Positions 21,896 to 31,854 of a stretch of DNA of 64,000 nucleotides are shown here, piece by piece (the first letter of the stretch is position 1; the number at the start of each line of letters is the position of its first letter). Made by a program: the position numbers and the translations under genes. The stretch comes from an uncultured Candidatus Rokubacteria bacterium (GTDB lineage Bacteria; Methylomirabilota; Methylomirabilia; Rokubacteriales; CSP1-6): the NCBI GenBank assembly GCA_963758635.1, contig CAVWWD010000008.1, positions 192,001 to 256,000 of the forward strand, written 5' to 3'. The notes under the pieces are model-generated. The model was given only the letters and a program-made list of their open reading frames with translations, ran no database searches and was not told the DNA's origin.

Positions 21896-22732
21896 TCACT
21901 TGACCAGCTTGGACCACTGGTCGAGCAGCGGCAGCACGGCGTCGCGCCCGTCCGAGGGCAGGCGCAGGATGGCCCGCGTCACGCCGGCGGCGGCGTAGCG
22001 CTCGAGGAGCGCCTCGTCGGGACCGGCGCCGAAGACCGACGTGGTGATGGTCTTCATGTCGCGGCCGGCCCGCGCGGCGCGCTCGCGGAGCTCGGTCAGC
22101 CCGGACAGGATGCGGTCGGCGGCGCGCGCCCGCGGGAACCAGCCGTCGCAGTAGTCGACCACGCGCTGGAGCGTGTGCGAGCTCTCGCCGCCCAGCAGCA
22201 CGGGCGGGTTCGGCTTCTGCGTGGGCTTCGGCCACGACCAGATCGGGTCGAAGCGGACGTGCTCGCCGTGGAAGCTCGCCTCGTCCTTCGTCCAGATCTC
22301 CTTCATGGCCCGCACTTGCTCGCCGAGCTTCTTGAACCGCGTCTTGTAGTCGGTGCCGTGGTTCTCCATCTCCTCCGCGTTCCAGCCCGCGCCGATGCCG
22401 AGCTCGAAGCGCCCGTTCGAGAGCACGTCGAGGCTCGCGACCTCCTTGGCCGTGATGATCGTGTCGCGCTCGATGAGGAGGCAGATGCCGGTGCCCACGC
22501 GGAGCCGCGTGGTGACCGCGGCCGCCGCCATCAGCGACACGAACGGGTCGAAGGTGTGCGAGTACTCGCGCGGCAACTGGCCGCCGCCGGGAAACGGCGT
22601 GCGCCGGCTCGTGGGGATGTGCGTGTGCTCGGGCACCCAGAGGGACTCGAAGCCGCGGTCCTCCGCCGCACGGGCCAGCTCGTCGATGCGGATCGCGTAG
22701 TCGGTGGCGAACATGCAGACGCCGATGTGCAT
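21896..22732 (-). CDS. LLM-class (putative F420-dependent) oxidoreductase
   Basis: GFESLWVPEHTHIP, DPFVSL, GRFELGIGAGWN, PKPTQKP. Confidence 0.9.
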   Translation of the reverse strand: MHIGVCMFATDYAIRIDELARAAEDRGFESLWVPEHTHIPTSRRTPFPGGGQLPREYSHTFDPFVSLMAAAAVTTRLRVGTGICLLIERDTIITAKEVASLDVLSNGRFELGIGAGWNAEEMENHGTDYKTRFKKLGEQVRAMKEIWTKDEASFHGEHVRFDPIWSWPKPTQKPNPPVLLGGESSHTLQRVVDYCDGWFPRARAADRILSGLTELRERAARAGRDMKTITTSVFGAGPDEALLERYAAAGVTRAILRLPSDGRDAVLPLLDQWSKLVK

Positions 22733-22780
22733 GGGGCTCCTCCTGTAGACGGCGACGCGCGGGGATGGTTCCGATGACCG

Positions 22781-22809
22781 AGAGTACGCGCCGGGCACAG
22801 GTGGGTCAA
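22781..22809 (-). promoter_or_regulatory. Putative sigma70 promoter
   Basis: TTGACC-N17-TACTCT on the minus strand, ~50 bp upstream of the LLM/amine oxidase operon. Confidence 0.55.
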
Positions 22810-22861
22810 GCGCGCTCTCTCCCTCGCCGCCGCCCGGGCGCGGGCGGCGCGATCGATCGCG

Positions 22862-23677
22862 CTATCCCTTCGTGATCGGGCCGGCGAGGAGGATGCGGCC
22901 GGCCAGGAAGCGCCCGAAGGGCTTGACGCCGATGAGCAGGAGCCGATCGATCTGCCCGAGGACCTCGAACCGGTCCGGCACGACGCGACTGACGAGGAAG
23001 TTGAAGTGCTTCTCGAGGGCGATCGAGGATACGAGGCTGAGGATGTGCGCGAGGTCCCGCTCCGTGAGCTTGCGCTCGTCCTCGGTGATGTACGGCTTGT
23101 GCGGCCCGTAGACGAAGCGCTGCATGGCCGGGTACAGCCACTTCTCCACCACGCGTGATCGCCGGATGCGGTCGGTGACGGAGTGCGAGTAGACCTCGTT
23201 GATCACGAGGGTCGCCCCTCGCTTCGACACCCGGCGGATCTCGTCGACCGTACGTGGGATGTCCACGTGATGCATGATGTCCCTCGCGAGCACCACGTCG
23301 AAGAAGTCGTCCTCGTAACGCAGCGTCTCCGCCGGCATCTCCTCGAAATGGACGCGCAGACCCTCCCGGTCGGCCCGCGCCTTCGCGAGCGCCACGGATT
23401 CCGGGCTCAGGTCGAAGGCGTGAACGTCGGCTCCCAGCTTCGCCAGGCGCAAGGCGTCGTCTCCGAAGCCACAGCCGATGACGAGCACCCTTCGACCCGT
23501 GATGCCGACGGAGCTGAGGTAGGCGTACATCTGCCAGTAGGCGTTCCACCAGCGCCGCGCGGGGCGATCGAGGACCTCCCAGGAGAACGGCCGGTCGAGC
23601 AGCCGTGCGTGCTCCTTCGCGCGCTCGCGGTGGTACTCGACCTCCCGCCGCTGCCTGTCGGTGAGCGGTTCGTCCAT
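22862..23677 (-). CDS. Class I SAM-dependent methyltransferase
   Basis: VLVIGCGFG motif I, AFDLS, FFDVV..IMHH. Confidence 0.85.
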   Translation of the reverse strand: MDEPLTDRQRREVEYHRERAKEHARLLDRPFSWEVLDRPARRWWNAYWQMYAYLSSVGITGRRVLVIGCGFGDDALRLAKLGADVHAFDLSPESVALAKARADREGLRVHFEEMPAETLRYEDDFFDVVLARDIMHHVDIPRTVDEIRRVSKRGATLVINEVYSHSVTDRIRRSRVVEKWLYPAMQRFVYGPHKPYITEDERKLTERDLAHILSLVSSIALEKHFNFLVSRVVPDRFEVLGQIDRLLLIGVKPFGRFLAGRILLAGPITKG

Positions 23678-23815
23678 GTGTCCCTCCCGACCGTGCGTCG
23701 CGTCGCTGAAGCATAACGCGACGGGGCGTTGTACCGCGAGGCCCGGCGCTCTACTATGTCTCATCTGTCCACGTCTCGCCGGCCGGGGCACGCCGGCCGC
23801 CAAGGAGGAGCGCGC

Positions 23816-24832
23816 ATGGACTGTGTGATCGGCACGAGCAAGGGTCTCTTCGTCCTCGACGGCGCCACCGGCACGGCGCAGCCGGTGCTGCGCGAGCGCG
23901 CCGTCCGCGACATCGCGCGGGTGAACGGGTCGATCCTCGCCGGGGCGGACACCGGCTGCTTCCGGTCCGACGACGGCGCCGCGACGTGGCAGCCGAGCGG
24001 GATCGAGGGCCGGATGGTCTGGCACATGACGCGCGTCCCCGCGACGGCGCACTCCGTGTACGCCGTGACCCAGCCCGCCGGCGTGTTCCGGAGCGACGAC
24101 GCCGGCCGCACGTGGGCGGAGGTCGAGGGCTTCACCCGGGCGCCCGGCGCCGAACGGTGGTGCGTGCCCACCAAGCCGCCGTCCCCCGGCCGCGCCCGCA
24201 CGGTCGTGGTCGACCGCAGCAATCCGAAGGCCATGTGGGTGGGCGTGGAGGTGGGCGGCGTGGCGACGACGCGGGACGGCGGGGCCACGTGGACGGTGGA
24301 CCAGCCCGGCGCCAACCCGGACATCCACGTGATGGTGGCGCACCCCGTGAAGCCCGGCGTGCTGTTCGTGAGCACGGGCTACGGCCGCATCGATGGCGTG
24401 GCCGAGCACGTCGAGGGCAACGCCGGCATGCTCCGCTCCGACGACGGCGGGCGCACGTGGACCTACGTGTGGAAGGGCATGGAGCCGCGCTACACTCGGC
24501 CGCTCTGCGTCGACCCGCGCGCGCCGTACGGCGTCACGGTGGCGTGCGCGCCGACGGCCTTCTCGAGCGTGAAGGATCCGGGCGGCGCCCAGGCCATGCT
24601 CTACCGCACGGAGGACGAGGGGCGGACGTGGCGATCCCTGTGCGACCCGGCGCACTCGCCGTCCGCCGCGAACTTCCACGGGCTCGCGCCGGACCCCGAG
24701 GTGCCGGGCGGGGTGGTCGCCGGCACGGAGACCGGCGAGGTCTGGCGGGTGAGCGACGAGGGCAAGTGGACGCAGTGCGCCGCCGGGCTGCCGAGCGTGC
24801 TGTCGATCCTGCCCCTCCGGTGGCGCATCTAG
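23816..24832 (+). CDS. BNR/Asp-box beta-propeller protein
   Basis: Repeated RSDDGGxTW Asp-boxes; AGGAGG RBS. Confidence 0.85.
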   Translation: MDCVIGTSKGLFVLDGATGTAQPVLRERAVRDIARVNGSILAGADTGCFRSDDGAATWQPSGIEGRMVWHMTRVPATAHSVYAVTQPAGVFRSDDAGRTWAEVEGFTRAPGAERWCVPTKPPSPGRARTVVVDRSNPKAMWVGVEVGGVATTRDGGATWTVDQPGANPDIHVMVAHPVKPGVLFVSTGYGRIDGVAEHVEGNAGMLRSDDGGRTWTYVWKGMEPRYTRPLCVDPRAPYGVTVACAPTAFSSVKDPGGAQAMLYRTEDEGRTWRSLCDPAHSPSAANFHGLAPDPEVPGGVVAGTETGEVWRVSDEGKWTQCAAGLPSVLSILPLRWRI

Positions 24833-25009
24833 GGTCGGCGAACAGTTCCTCTCGAGCGCCGGCGCGCAGGAGCTCGCCAGAAGTCTGCCCGGTGCAACCA
24901 CGATCTAACCGTGGGGTTGCAACGGCCGTCGACCCCCAGCGGTCAGGGCCGGTGAACCCTTGCGCTGCGGGCTTTCATCCCGTTCCCAAGCAGCAGGATG
25001 TGAAGGAGC

Positions 25010-25780
25010 ATGAGGATGACCGGCGTTCTAGAAGGGAGGATTGCCCTCGTCACGGGAGCCGGTGGCGGGATACGCCTTGCCACGGCCAAGGCGTTCGCCG
25101 AAGCAGGCGCATCGGTGGTTCTTGCTGACCGAGACGAAGAGGCGATCGGCAGGGCGACCGAGGGGATCCGCTCGGCGGGCCACAAGGTCATCGGCGTGAC
25201 CTGCGACGTCACGGACAGGGCTCAGGTGACGACGATGATCGAGCAAGCCGTCACCACCTACGGGCGGCTGGACGCCGCCTTCAACAATGCCGGTGTCAAC
25301 AGCGACAGTGCTTCCTTGCTGGACACGGACGACGACGAGTTCGACCGCATCATCGCCGTCAACCTTCGCGGCGTTTGGAACTGCATGAAGACCGAGCTTC
25401 GCCAGATGATCGCGCAAGGGAACGGCGCGATCGTCAACTGCGCATCGATTGGCGGCATGGTGGGGTCGAAGGGACGAAGCGCGTATTCCGCAAGCAAGCA
25501 CGGGGTCATTGGTCTGACGCGGTCCGCCGCGCTTGACTATGCCACCCACGGGATTCGCATCAACGCGGTCTGTCCCGGGATGATCAACACACCGATGGCG
25601 GTCGCGGTCACGAAAAACTACGATCCCGAGATCGTCAAGGCGATGGTGGCGCGGGAGCCCATCGGACGCTTCGGCGAGCCTGAAGAGATCGCAGCGGCCG
25701 TCGTCTGGCTGTGCACTCCAGGCGCGAGTTTCATGGTCGGTCATGCCATGGCGGTCGATGGAGGCTTCTTGGCCCAGTAG
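25010..25780 (+). CDS. Short-chain dehydrogenase/reductase (lower GC)
   Basis: TGAGGGIR, NNAG, YSASK, NAVCPG. Confidence 0.92.
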   Translation: MRMTGVLEGRIALVTGAGGGIRLATAKAFAEAGASVVLADRDEEAIGRATEGIRSAGHKVIGVTCDVTDRAQVTTMIEQAVTTYGRLDAAFNNAGVNSDSASLLDTDDDEFDRIIAVNLRGVWNCMKTELRQMIAQGNGAIVNCASIGGMVGSKGRSAYSASKHGVIGLTRSAALDYATHGIRINAVCPGMINTPMAVAVTKNYDPEIVKAMVAREPIGRFGEPEEIAAAVVWLCTPGASFMVGHAMAVDGGFLAQ

Positions 25781-25791
25781 TACGGACAAGA

Positions 25792-25894
25792 TCACCGGTA
25801 AACGTCGCGGCGATGCCCGATCTTGAAAACGGTGACGGTGAGGTCTCGATCCTGAGACTGCTGATGGCTTGATCAGCAGCCTATAGCTTGCCAC
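25792..25894 (-). pseudogene. RelE/ParE-family toxin remnant with internal deletion
   Basis: Start MASYRLLIKPSAV is joined out of frame to the C-terminal QDRDLTVTVFKIGHRRDVYR*; only ~100 bp remain. Confidence 0.75.
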
Positions 25895-26108
25895 GGCGCC
25901 GCGGGTCGCTCAGTACCTTCCCGAGATCGATGCTGGGCTCTTTGGACCGGGTTCGATATGCGGTGAGATCCTCGGCATCCTCCGCCAGGCTCAGCCGAAC
26001 GGCGGTGTTGATGAGGTCCGAAATGCTCTGGTCGGTTTCCGCGGCCTTCACCCGCAGCGCTCGATGCAAGTCCGCATCGAGGTACACCGTTGCTCTTCTT
26101 GCCGGCAT
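25881..26108 (-). CDS. CopG/ribbon-helix-helix antitoxin
   Basis: RATVYLDADLHRALRVKAAETDQSISDLIN...LAEDAEDL; overlaps the toxin start. Confidence 0.8.
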   Translation of the reverse strand: MPARRATVYLDADLHRALRVKAAETDQSISDLINTAVRLSLAEDAEDLTAYRTRSKEPSIDLGKVLSDPRRRGKL

Positions 26109-26236
26109 TGTTCTTCTCGCTGTCCTCATGCCGGGATGGTAGCGCTCTGACGTCAGAACGTCACGGCTGCTAGGCTGGCCGCCAACGGGCTCGACGTGCA
26201 CGTTTCGCGCCCCGGGAGCCATGGAGGAGTGATCCG

Positions 26237-27530
26237 ATGAGGTTCGGGATCTTCTACGAGCACCAGCTTCCCCGTCCGTGGGAGGACGGCGCCGAGCAGA
26301 AGCTGTTCCAGGACGCGCTAGACCAGGTCGAGCTGGCCGACCGGCTCGGCGTCGATCACGCGTGGGAGGTCGAGCACCACTTCCTGGAGGAGTACTCGCA
26401 CTCCTCGGCCCCCGAGGTGTTCCTGGCCGCGGCGTCGCAGCGCACGAAGCAGATCCGGCTCGGCCACGGGATCGTGCTGATGCCGCCCGGCTACAACCAC
26501 CCCGCGCGGGTGGCCGAGCGCATCGCCACGCTGGACCTGGTCTCGAACGGGCGGGTGGAGTTCGGCACCGGCGAGTCCGCCTCGCGCGCCGAGCTCGAGG
26601 GGTTCGGCATCGATCCCAACGAGCGCCGCGCCATGTGGCGGGAGACGGTCGAGCAGGTGGCGGACATGATGGTGATGGACCCGTACCCCGGCTTCCAGGG
26701 GAAGTACTTCTCGATGCCGGCGCGCAACGTCATGCCCAAGCCCGTGCAGAAGCCGCACCCGCCGCTCTGGGTGGCGTGCTCGAACCGCAACACCATCCAC
26801 CTCGCCGCCCAGCTCGGGATCGGCGCGCTCACCTTCGCGTTCATCGATCCCACCGAGGCCAAGCAGTGGGTGGACGACTACTACGAAACGCTCAAGCGCG
26901 AGTGCGTGCCCATCGGGCATGCCGTGAACGCCAACATCGCCATGGTCACCGGCTTCTCCTGCCACGCCGACGCCGAGGAGGCGCGGCGGCGCGGCACCGA
27001 CGGCTTCCGCTTCTTCCAGTTCGCGCTCGGCCATCACTACAGCTTCGGCACGCACACGCCCGGGCCGGACGAACATCTGGAACAAGTACGTGGCCGTGCG
27101 CGACGCGCTGGGCATGGACCTCATGGGCGGGGGCACCGGCTGCATCGGCAATCCCGACGACCTTCGCGAGTCGCTCCGCGCCTTCCAGGCCGCGGGCGTG
27201 GACCAGACGGTGTTCATCCAGCAGGGCGGCAAGAACCGGCACGAGCACATCTGCGAGTCGCTCGATCTGTTCGCGGGGGCGGTGATGCCGGAGTTCAAGG
27301 AGAAGGAAGCGGAGCGCCAGCAGCGGAAGGCCGAGGAGCTCGCGCCGTACATCGAGGCGGCGTTCCGCCGCAAGCAGGCCCGTCCCGCGCCGGCCGACGG
27401 GGACATCGCGAGCTACCCGGCCTACGGGCTCTCCATCGCCCAGGTCGATCCCGCCACGCTGCCCGAGGCCAACCGGCGCCGCCTGGAGGCCTTCAGGAAG
27501 ATGCGCGAGATCATGGAGCGCACGCGATGA
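26237..27530 (+). CDS. LLM-class flavin-dependent oxidoreductase; frameshift near 27060
   Basis: MRFGIFYEHQLPRPW, VEHHFLEEYSH, PKPVQKPHPPLW; C-terminal part in a second frame. Confidence 0.88.
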
Positions 27531-28309
27531 GCGGCGCGCGCCTGGCCGGCAAGGTCGCCATCGTCACGGGCGCGGGATCGCGCGGGGAGGGGATCGGCAA
27601 CGGCCGCGCCGCGGCCATCCTCTTCGCCCGCGAGGGCGCCCGGGTGCTGCTCGTGGACCAGAAGCGGAAGGCCGCCGAGGAGACGCTCGAGGCGATCCGC
27701 GGGGAGGGTGGCGAGGCCCACGTGTTCGAGGCCGACGTGACCCGCAGCGCGGACTGCCAGGCCCTGGTGGAGGACGCCGTCCGCCGCTGGGGGCGCCTGG
27801 ACATCCTCGACAACAACGTGGGCATCGGCGGGCGCGCCAGCGTGGTGGACGTGGACGAGGCGGCGTGGGATCACCTGATGCGGGTGAACGTCACCAGCAT
27901 GATGCTCACCGGCAAGCACGCGGTGCCCGCGATGGCGAAGGGCGGGGGCGGCGCCATCGTGAACATCTCGTCGATCTCCGCGCTCCGCCCGCGCGGCCTC
28001 ACCCCGTACAGCGTGTCCAAGGGCGCGGTGATCGCGCTCACGCGCGCCATGGCCATCGACCACGCGCCCCAGGGCATCCGCGTCAACTGCATCGCCCCCG
28101 GGCCCGTGTACACGCCCATGGTCTCCTCCGACGGCATGACGCCGGAGCTCCGCGACCGCCGCCGGCGCGCCTCGCCGCTGGGCGTCGAGGGCACGGGATG
28201 GGACATCGGCTACGCCGCGCTGTTCCTCGTGTCGGACGAGGCGCGCTACATCACCGGCGTGGTGCTGCCGGTGGACGGCGGCGTCACCATCACGAGCGCG
28301 TCGCGGTAG
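27527..28309 (+). CDS. Short-chain dehydrogenase/reductase
   Basis: KVAIVTGAGSRGEGIGNG, NNVG, YSVSK; ATGA overlap with the upstream gene. Confidence 0.92.
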   Translation: MSGARLAGKVAIVTGAGSRGEGIGNGRAAAILFAREGARVLLVDQKRKAAEETLEAIRGEGGEAHVFEADVTRSADCQALVEDAVRRWGRLDILDNNVGIGGRASVVDVDEAAWDHLMRVNVTSMMLTGKHAVPAMAKGGGGAIVNISSISALRPRGLTPYSVSKGAVIALTRAMAIDHAPQGIRVNCIAPGPVYTPMVSSDGMTPELRDRRRRASPLGVEGTGWDIGYAALFLVSDEARYITGVVLPVDGGVTITSASR

Positions 28310-28784
28310 CGCCCTCCCGGTCGATCCGGTCGTAGACGGCGAGGAGGAGCGCGCGCGAGTCGCGCTCCTCGTGCACGAACCAGCGCAGCGTGTCGCGGGT
28401 GAGGGCGTCCACCGACTCGTCGTTCGCCCGCTCGTCGATCGACGCGAAGAACGCCTCCGCCTTCGCCGGCGGGTTGCGGCGGCGCGCCGCCTGGATCTTC
28501 TCGAGGTCCGACACGCCAGGGTCGCCGTAGACCCGCACCCGCTCCGCGAGCTCGGGGTCCTCGTCCTCGCGGACGGCATGGCCCAGCCGCTCGATCCGCT
28601 GGCGGAACACCTCGCCGTGGGTGGTCTCGCGGGCGGCCACCAGGTCGAGGGCGTGGCGGAGCTCGGGATCCGTGGTGGCCGCGGCCCAGGCCCGGAGGTA
28701 GACGCCGGCGTTCCGCTCGGCGAGGCTGATCGCGTTGAGCAGGCCCAGGTAGGGCGGCGGCTTGGCGGCGGTGTCGGTCGGCAT
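28290..28784 (-). CDS. Ferritin-like hypothetical protein
   Basis: Helical protein with E..., ExxH and EExxS motifs. Confidence 0.55.
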   Translation of the reverse strand: MPTDTAAKPPPYLGLLNAISLAERNAGVYLRAWAAATTDPELRHALDLVAARETTHGEVFRQRIERLGHAVREDEDPELAERVRVYGDPGVSDLEKIQAARRRNPPAKAEAFFASIDERANDESVDALTRDTLRWFVHEERDSRALLLAVYDRIDREGATATRS

Positions 28785-28815
28785 CGTCCTCGTCTCCTGT
28801 GGGGGTGGACCGCGG

Positions 28816-29442
28816 TCAGGGGCGCGGGGCCGGGGCGCGCGTCACGATGACGCGGACCGGCGTCGGCTTGAACCCGTTGACGGGATTGTAGACCTGCGCG
28901 CAGTTCGAGATGACGGCGAGCGCGTCCATCTCGGCCAGGAGCTCGACGTGATCACCCGGCTTCGAGAAGCCCTCGGCCAGGGCCATGTCGCCGGCGGGCT
29001 CGACGGGCACGTTCATGAAGAAGTTCAGGTTGGCGACGATGTCCTTTTTGCCGAGGCCGAAGCGGGCGAGGGCGCGGAGGAAGGTGTCGCGGCAGTTCGC
29101 GGTTCCCGGCGTGCCGTAGCGCTTGAGGTTGCTCTCCGCGCTGCAGCAGCCGCCGATGGTGTCGTGGCGGCCGCACGTGTCGGCGACGATCGTGAAGAGC
29201 CGGCGGCCCAAGTCCGAGTAGACGCCATGGCCGGTGGTGAGGAAGATCGTGCCCGCGTACTTCATGGTGTCGGCGGCGTTGTAGCGCTCGGCGGGGTCGG
29301 CGGCGTTGTAACAGAGGAAGTCCACCGCCTGCTTGCCCTCGAGGTCCACGATGCGCAGGCGCTCGCCGCGGCGCACGACGCGCGCCCAGTCTCCACCCGG
29401 GTCGACCACGGTGTCCTCGAGCACGGCGTTCGCGTCGCTCAT
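28816..29442 (-). CDS. DUF1989 urea carboxylase-associated protein (CgdB/UAAP2-like)
   Basis: GKQAVD, HDTIGGCCSAESN, NCRD, NFFMNVP, SNCAQ..NP. Confidence 0.88.
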   Translation of the reverse strand: MSDANAVLEDTVVDPGGDWARVVRRGERLRIVDLEGKQAVDFLCYNAADPAERYNAADTMKYAGTIFLTTGHGVYSDLGRRLFTIVADTCGRHDTIGGCCSAESNLKRYGTPGTANCRDTFLRALARFGLGKKDIVANLNFFMNVPVEPAGDMALAEGFSKPGDHVELLAEMDALAVISNCAQVYNPVNGFKPTPVRVIVTRAPAPRP

Positions 29443-29524
29443 CGCTGCCCCACCTCCGGCGCTTTGACTTCACCCGCGGATGCGACTAGCTTACCTCGTG
29501 AGCGCTCACCGAGGAGGGCCCGTC

Positions 29525-30658
29525 ATGGACTACCGGATCATCTCCGCCGACGATCACATCGACATGGCCTGGCTCCCGAAGGACGTATGGACCGCGCGCG
29601 TCCCCGCGGCGTGGCGCGATCGCGCGCCCCGCGTCGTGGACACCGCGGACGGCCCGTACTGGGTCTGCGGCGACGACCGCTGGGACGCGTGGGGCGGCCG
29701 CAAGGGCGTGGCCGGCGCGCTGGGCGGCCGGCGCTCCGCGCTCGACCGGGGCGGCGTGCTCGAGCCCGGCGTGCTGCGGCCGACCACGACCGCGCTCCGG
29801 CTGACCGACATGGATCGCGACGGCATCGACGCCACCGTGATGTACGGCCCGATCGTGCCGCTCCTCGTGAAGGACCCGGAACTCCGCCGCGTGTGCTACC
29901 GCGGCTACAACGACTGGCTCGCCGAGTTCTGCGCCACCGCGCCGGCGCGGCTGGTCGGCGCGGGCCTCGTCCCCATCGACGACGCGAAGACCGCCGCCGA
30001 CGAGGTGCGTCACCTGAAGCAGATCGGCCTTCGCACCGGCATGCTGCTCGCGGCCGCGGTGGAGACGCCGCTCTGGGACGCGGACTGGGAGCCGCTGTGG
30101 CAGGCCGCCGAGGAGACGGGACTGCCCCTCGGCTTCCACCTGGGCGGCGGCCTCCGCACCGTGGTGCCGCGCGGCCCCAAGCTCAACGAGCCCGGCAACA
30201 TGGGCGTGCGCGTGTCGTGCGCGACCCTCCAGATGGACGAGGCGCTGGCCGGCGTGATCTTCTCGGGCGCGCTGGAGCGCCATCCCGGGCTCAAGATCGT
30301 GCTCGCCGAGACGGGCATCGGCTGGCTGCCGTACATGCTCGAGCGCATGGACGACACGTACCGGAAGTTCCTCGACGCCGGCGAGTTCTGGCGCGCGCAG
30401 GGCGGGCTGCCGCTGACGATGCCGCCCAGCGCCTACTGGAAGCGCCAGGTATGGGCCACGTTCCAGACCGACTTCGCCGGCCTCCGCCTGGTGGACACGC
30501 TGGGCGACGACCGCGTGATGTGGGCGTCCGACTATCCGCACCCCGACAGCACGTGGCCGGACTCGCAGAAGGCCATCGAGGAGAACTTCGCGGGCGTGGC
30601 CGCGGCGACGCGCCGACGGGTCCTCTGCGACAACGCCCGCGCCCTCTACGGGCTCTGA
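29525..30658 (+). CDS. Amidohydrolase_2 family protein
   Basis: IISADDH, FHLGG, WASDYPHPD. Confidence 0.9.
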   Translation: MDYRIISADDHIDMAWLPKDVWTARVPAAWRDRAPRVVDTADGPYWVCGDDRWDAWGGRKGVAGALGGRRSALDRGGVLEPGVLRPTTTALRLTDMDRDGIDATVMYGPIVPLLVKDPELRRVCYRGYNDWLAEFCATAPARLVGAGLVPIDDAKTAADEVRHLKQIGLRTGMLLAAAVETPLWDADWEPLWQAAEETGLPLGFHLGGGLRTVVPRGPKLNEPGNMGVRVSCATLQMDEALAGVIFSGALERHPGLKIVLAETGIGWLPYMLERMDDTYRKFLDAGEFWRAQGGLPLTMPPSAYWKRQVWATFQTDFAGLRLVDTLGDDRVMWASDYPHPDSTWPDSQKAIEENFAGVAAATRRRVLCDNARALYGL

Positions 30659-30856
30659 GCGGCGCGGCGGCGGGTCAGGAGGCACCGGAAGCACTCCCGA
30701 AGCTGCGCCGAGGCCACCGGAGCTGCTTCGAGTTCGTCCAGCGGCACCCAGCGCGCCTCGTCGTGCTCCGCTGAGAGCGTGACGGGGCCGGCCGCGGGCC
30801 TGGCAGTGGAACGCGATGGCGATGGGCCTCGACGCGGCGCGGTCGATAAGGTGCAC
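30646..30856 (-). pseudogene. C-terminal fragment of a NUDIX hydrolase
   Basis: Minus strand reads IAIAFHC..., then after a frame change GPVTLSAEHDEARWVPLDEL; Nudix box and N-terminus are absent. Confidence 0.55.
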
Positions 30857-30864
30857 CGCTCGGC

Positions 30865-31827
30865 TCAGTAGCCCTTGCGCTTGTCGATCAGGGCCAGCAG
30901 CGGGCGGCCGTCGCGGCGGCGCTTGAGGTTCTCGATGAAGGTCTCGATCACTCGCCCGGCGCGGCGGGGCGAGCCGCCTGCGGTGTGCGGGGTGACGATC
31001 ACGCGCGGGTGCGTCCAGAGCTTGTGATCGAGCGGCAGCGGCTCCGGGTCCGTCACGTCGAGCCCCGCGCCCCAGATCATCCCCTCGTCGATGGCCTTCA
31101 CGAGGTCCTCCCCGAACACGATGGCGCCGCGGGTCACGTTGATCAGGATGGCCGTCTTCTGCATCTGCCGGAACAGGTCGCGCGAGAACATGTGGTGCGT
31201 GGCCTTCGTCAGCGGCAGGCAGATGACCACCGCGTCGGAGGAGCCGAGCAGGTCGCCGAGCCGGTCCGGCTTCCACACCGCCTCGACGCCCGGCAGCGAC
31301 GGCACGTCCTCGATGTCCACCGCGATCACCCGCATGCCGAAGCCCAGCGCGCGCCGGGCGACCTCGCGCCCGGTGCCGCCGAAGCCGACGATGCCCATCG
31401 TGAGCTGGTAGAGCTCGCGCTGCTCCTTCCGGATGGGCTCGCGCAAGGTGTAGTCGGGCTTGCGCACCGCCGTATGGATGCCCCGCGTGAGGCCCAGGAG
31501 CAGCGCGAACGCGTGCTCGGCCAGGTGGATGCCGACATCGCCCTTCTCGCTCGCGAGCACCACGTCGCTCTCGACCAGCTCCTGGTTGAGGATCGCGTCG
31601 ACGCCGGCGCCGATCGAGTGGTAGTAGACGACGCGCTTGGCGAGCGTGAACACGTCGGGAGGCACGCGGCCGAAGATCACGTCGGTGTCGGCGATCTCCG
31701 CGCGCTGCTTCGCCGCGTCCTTGGCCTCGACGAACGTGGTGCCCGGGCCCGCCGCGTCGAGGATGCGGGCGCGGTCGCCGTCGCCGACGGCGGGACAGAT
31801 GAGGTTCGGCGTGTAGAGGATCTTCAT
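30865..31827 (-). CDS. D-2-hydroxyacid dehydrogenase
   Basis: GIVGFGGTG, INVTRG, LDVTDPEPL, TPHTAG. Confidence 0.92.
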   Translation of the reverse strand: MKILYTPNLICPAVGDGDRARILDAAGPGTTFVEAKDAAKQRAEIADTDVIFGRVPPDVFTLAKRVVYYHSIGAGVDAILNQELVESDVVLASEKGDVGIHLAEHAFALLLGLTRGIHTAVRKPDYTLREPIRKEQRELYQLTMGIVGFGGTGREVARRALGFGMRVIAVDIEDVPSLPGVEAVWKPDRLGDLLGSSDAVVICLPLTKATHHMFSRDLFRQMQKTAILINVTRGAIVFGEDLVKAIDEGMIWGAGLDVTDPEPLPLDHKLWTHPRVIVTPHTAGGSPRRAGRVIETFIENLKRRRDGRPLLALIDKRKGY

Positions 31828-31854
31828 CGCGGTCTCCTCGCGGTTGGTGGAGTT

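Noticed and set aside
17423..23677. Downstream genes (deacetylase, amine oxidase, methyltransferase) as NRPS tailoring enzymes
   Set aside because: They are mostly on the opposite strand behind their own promoter and separated by a hairpin; nothing links them to the cluster.
26237..28309. 690-aa LLM-SDR fusion in the ORF track
   Set aside because: Artefact of a frameshift near 27060; the SDR has its own ATG overlapping the true LLM stop at 27527-27530.
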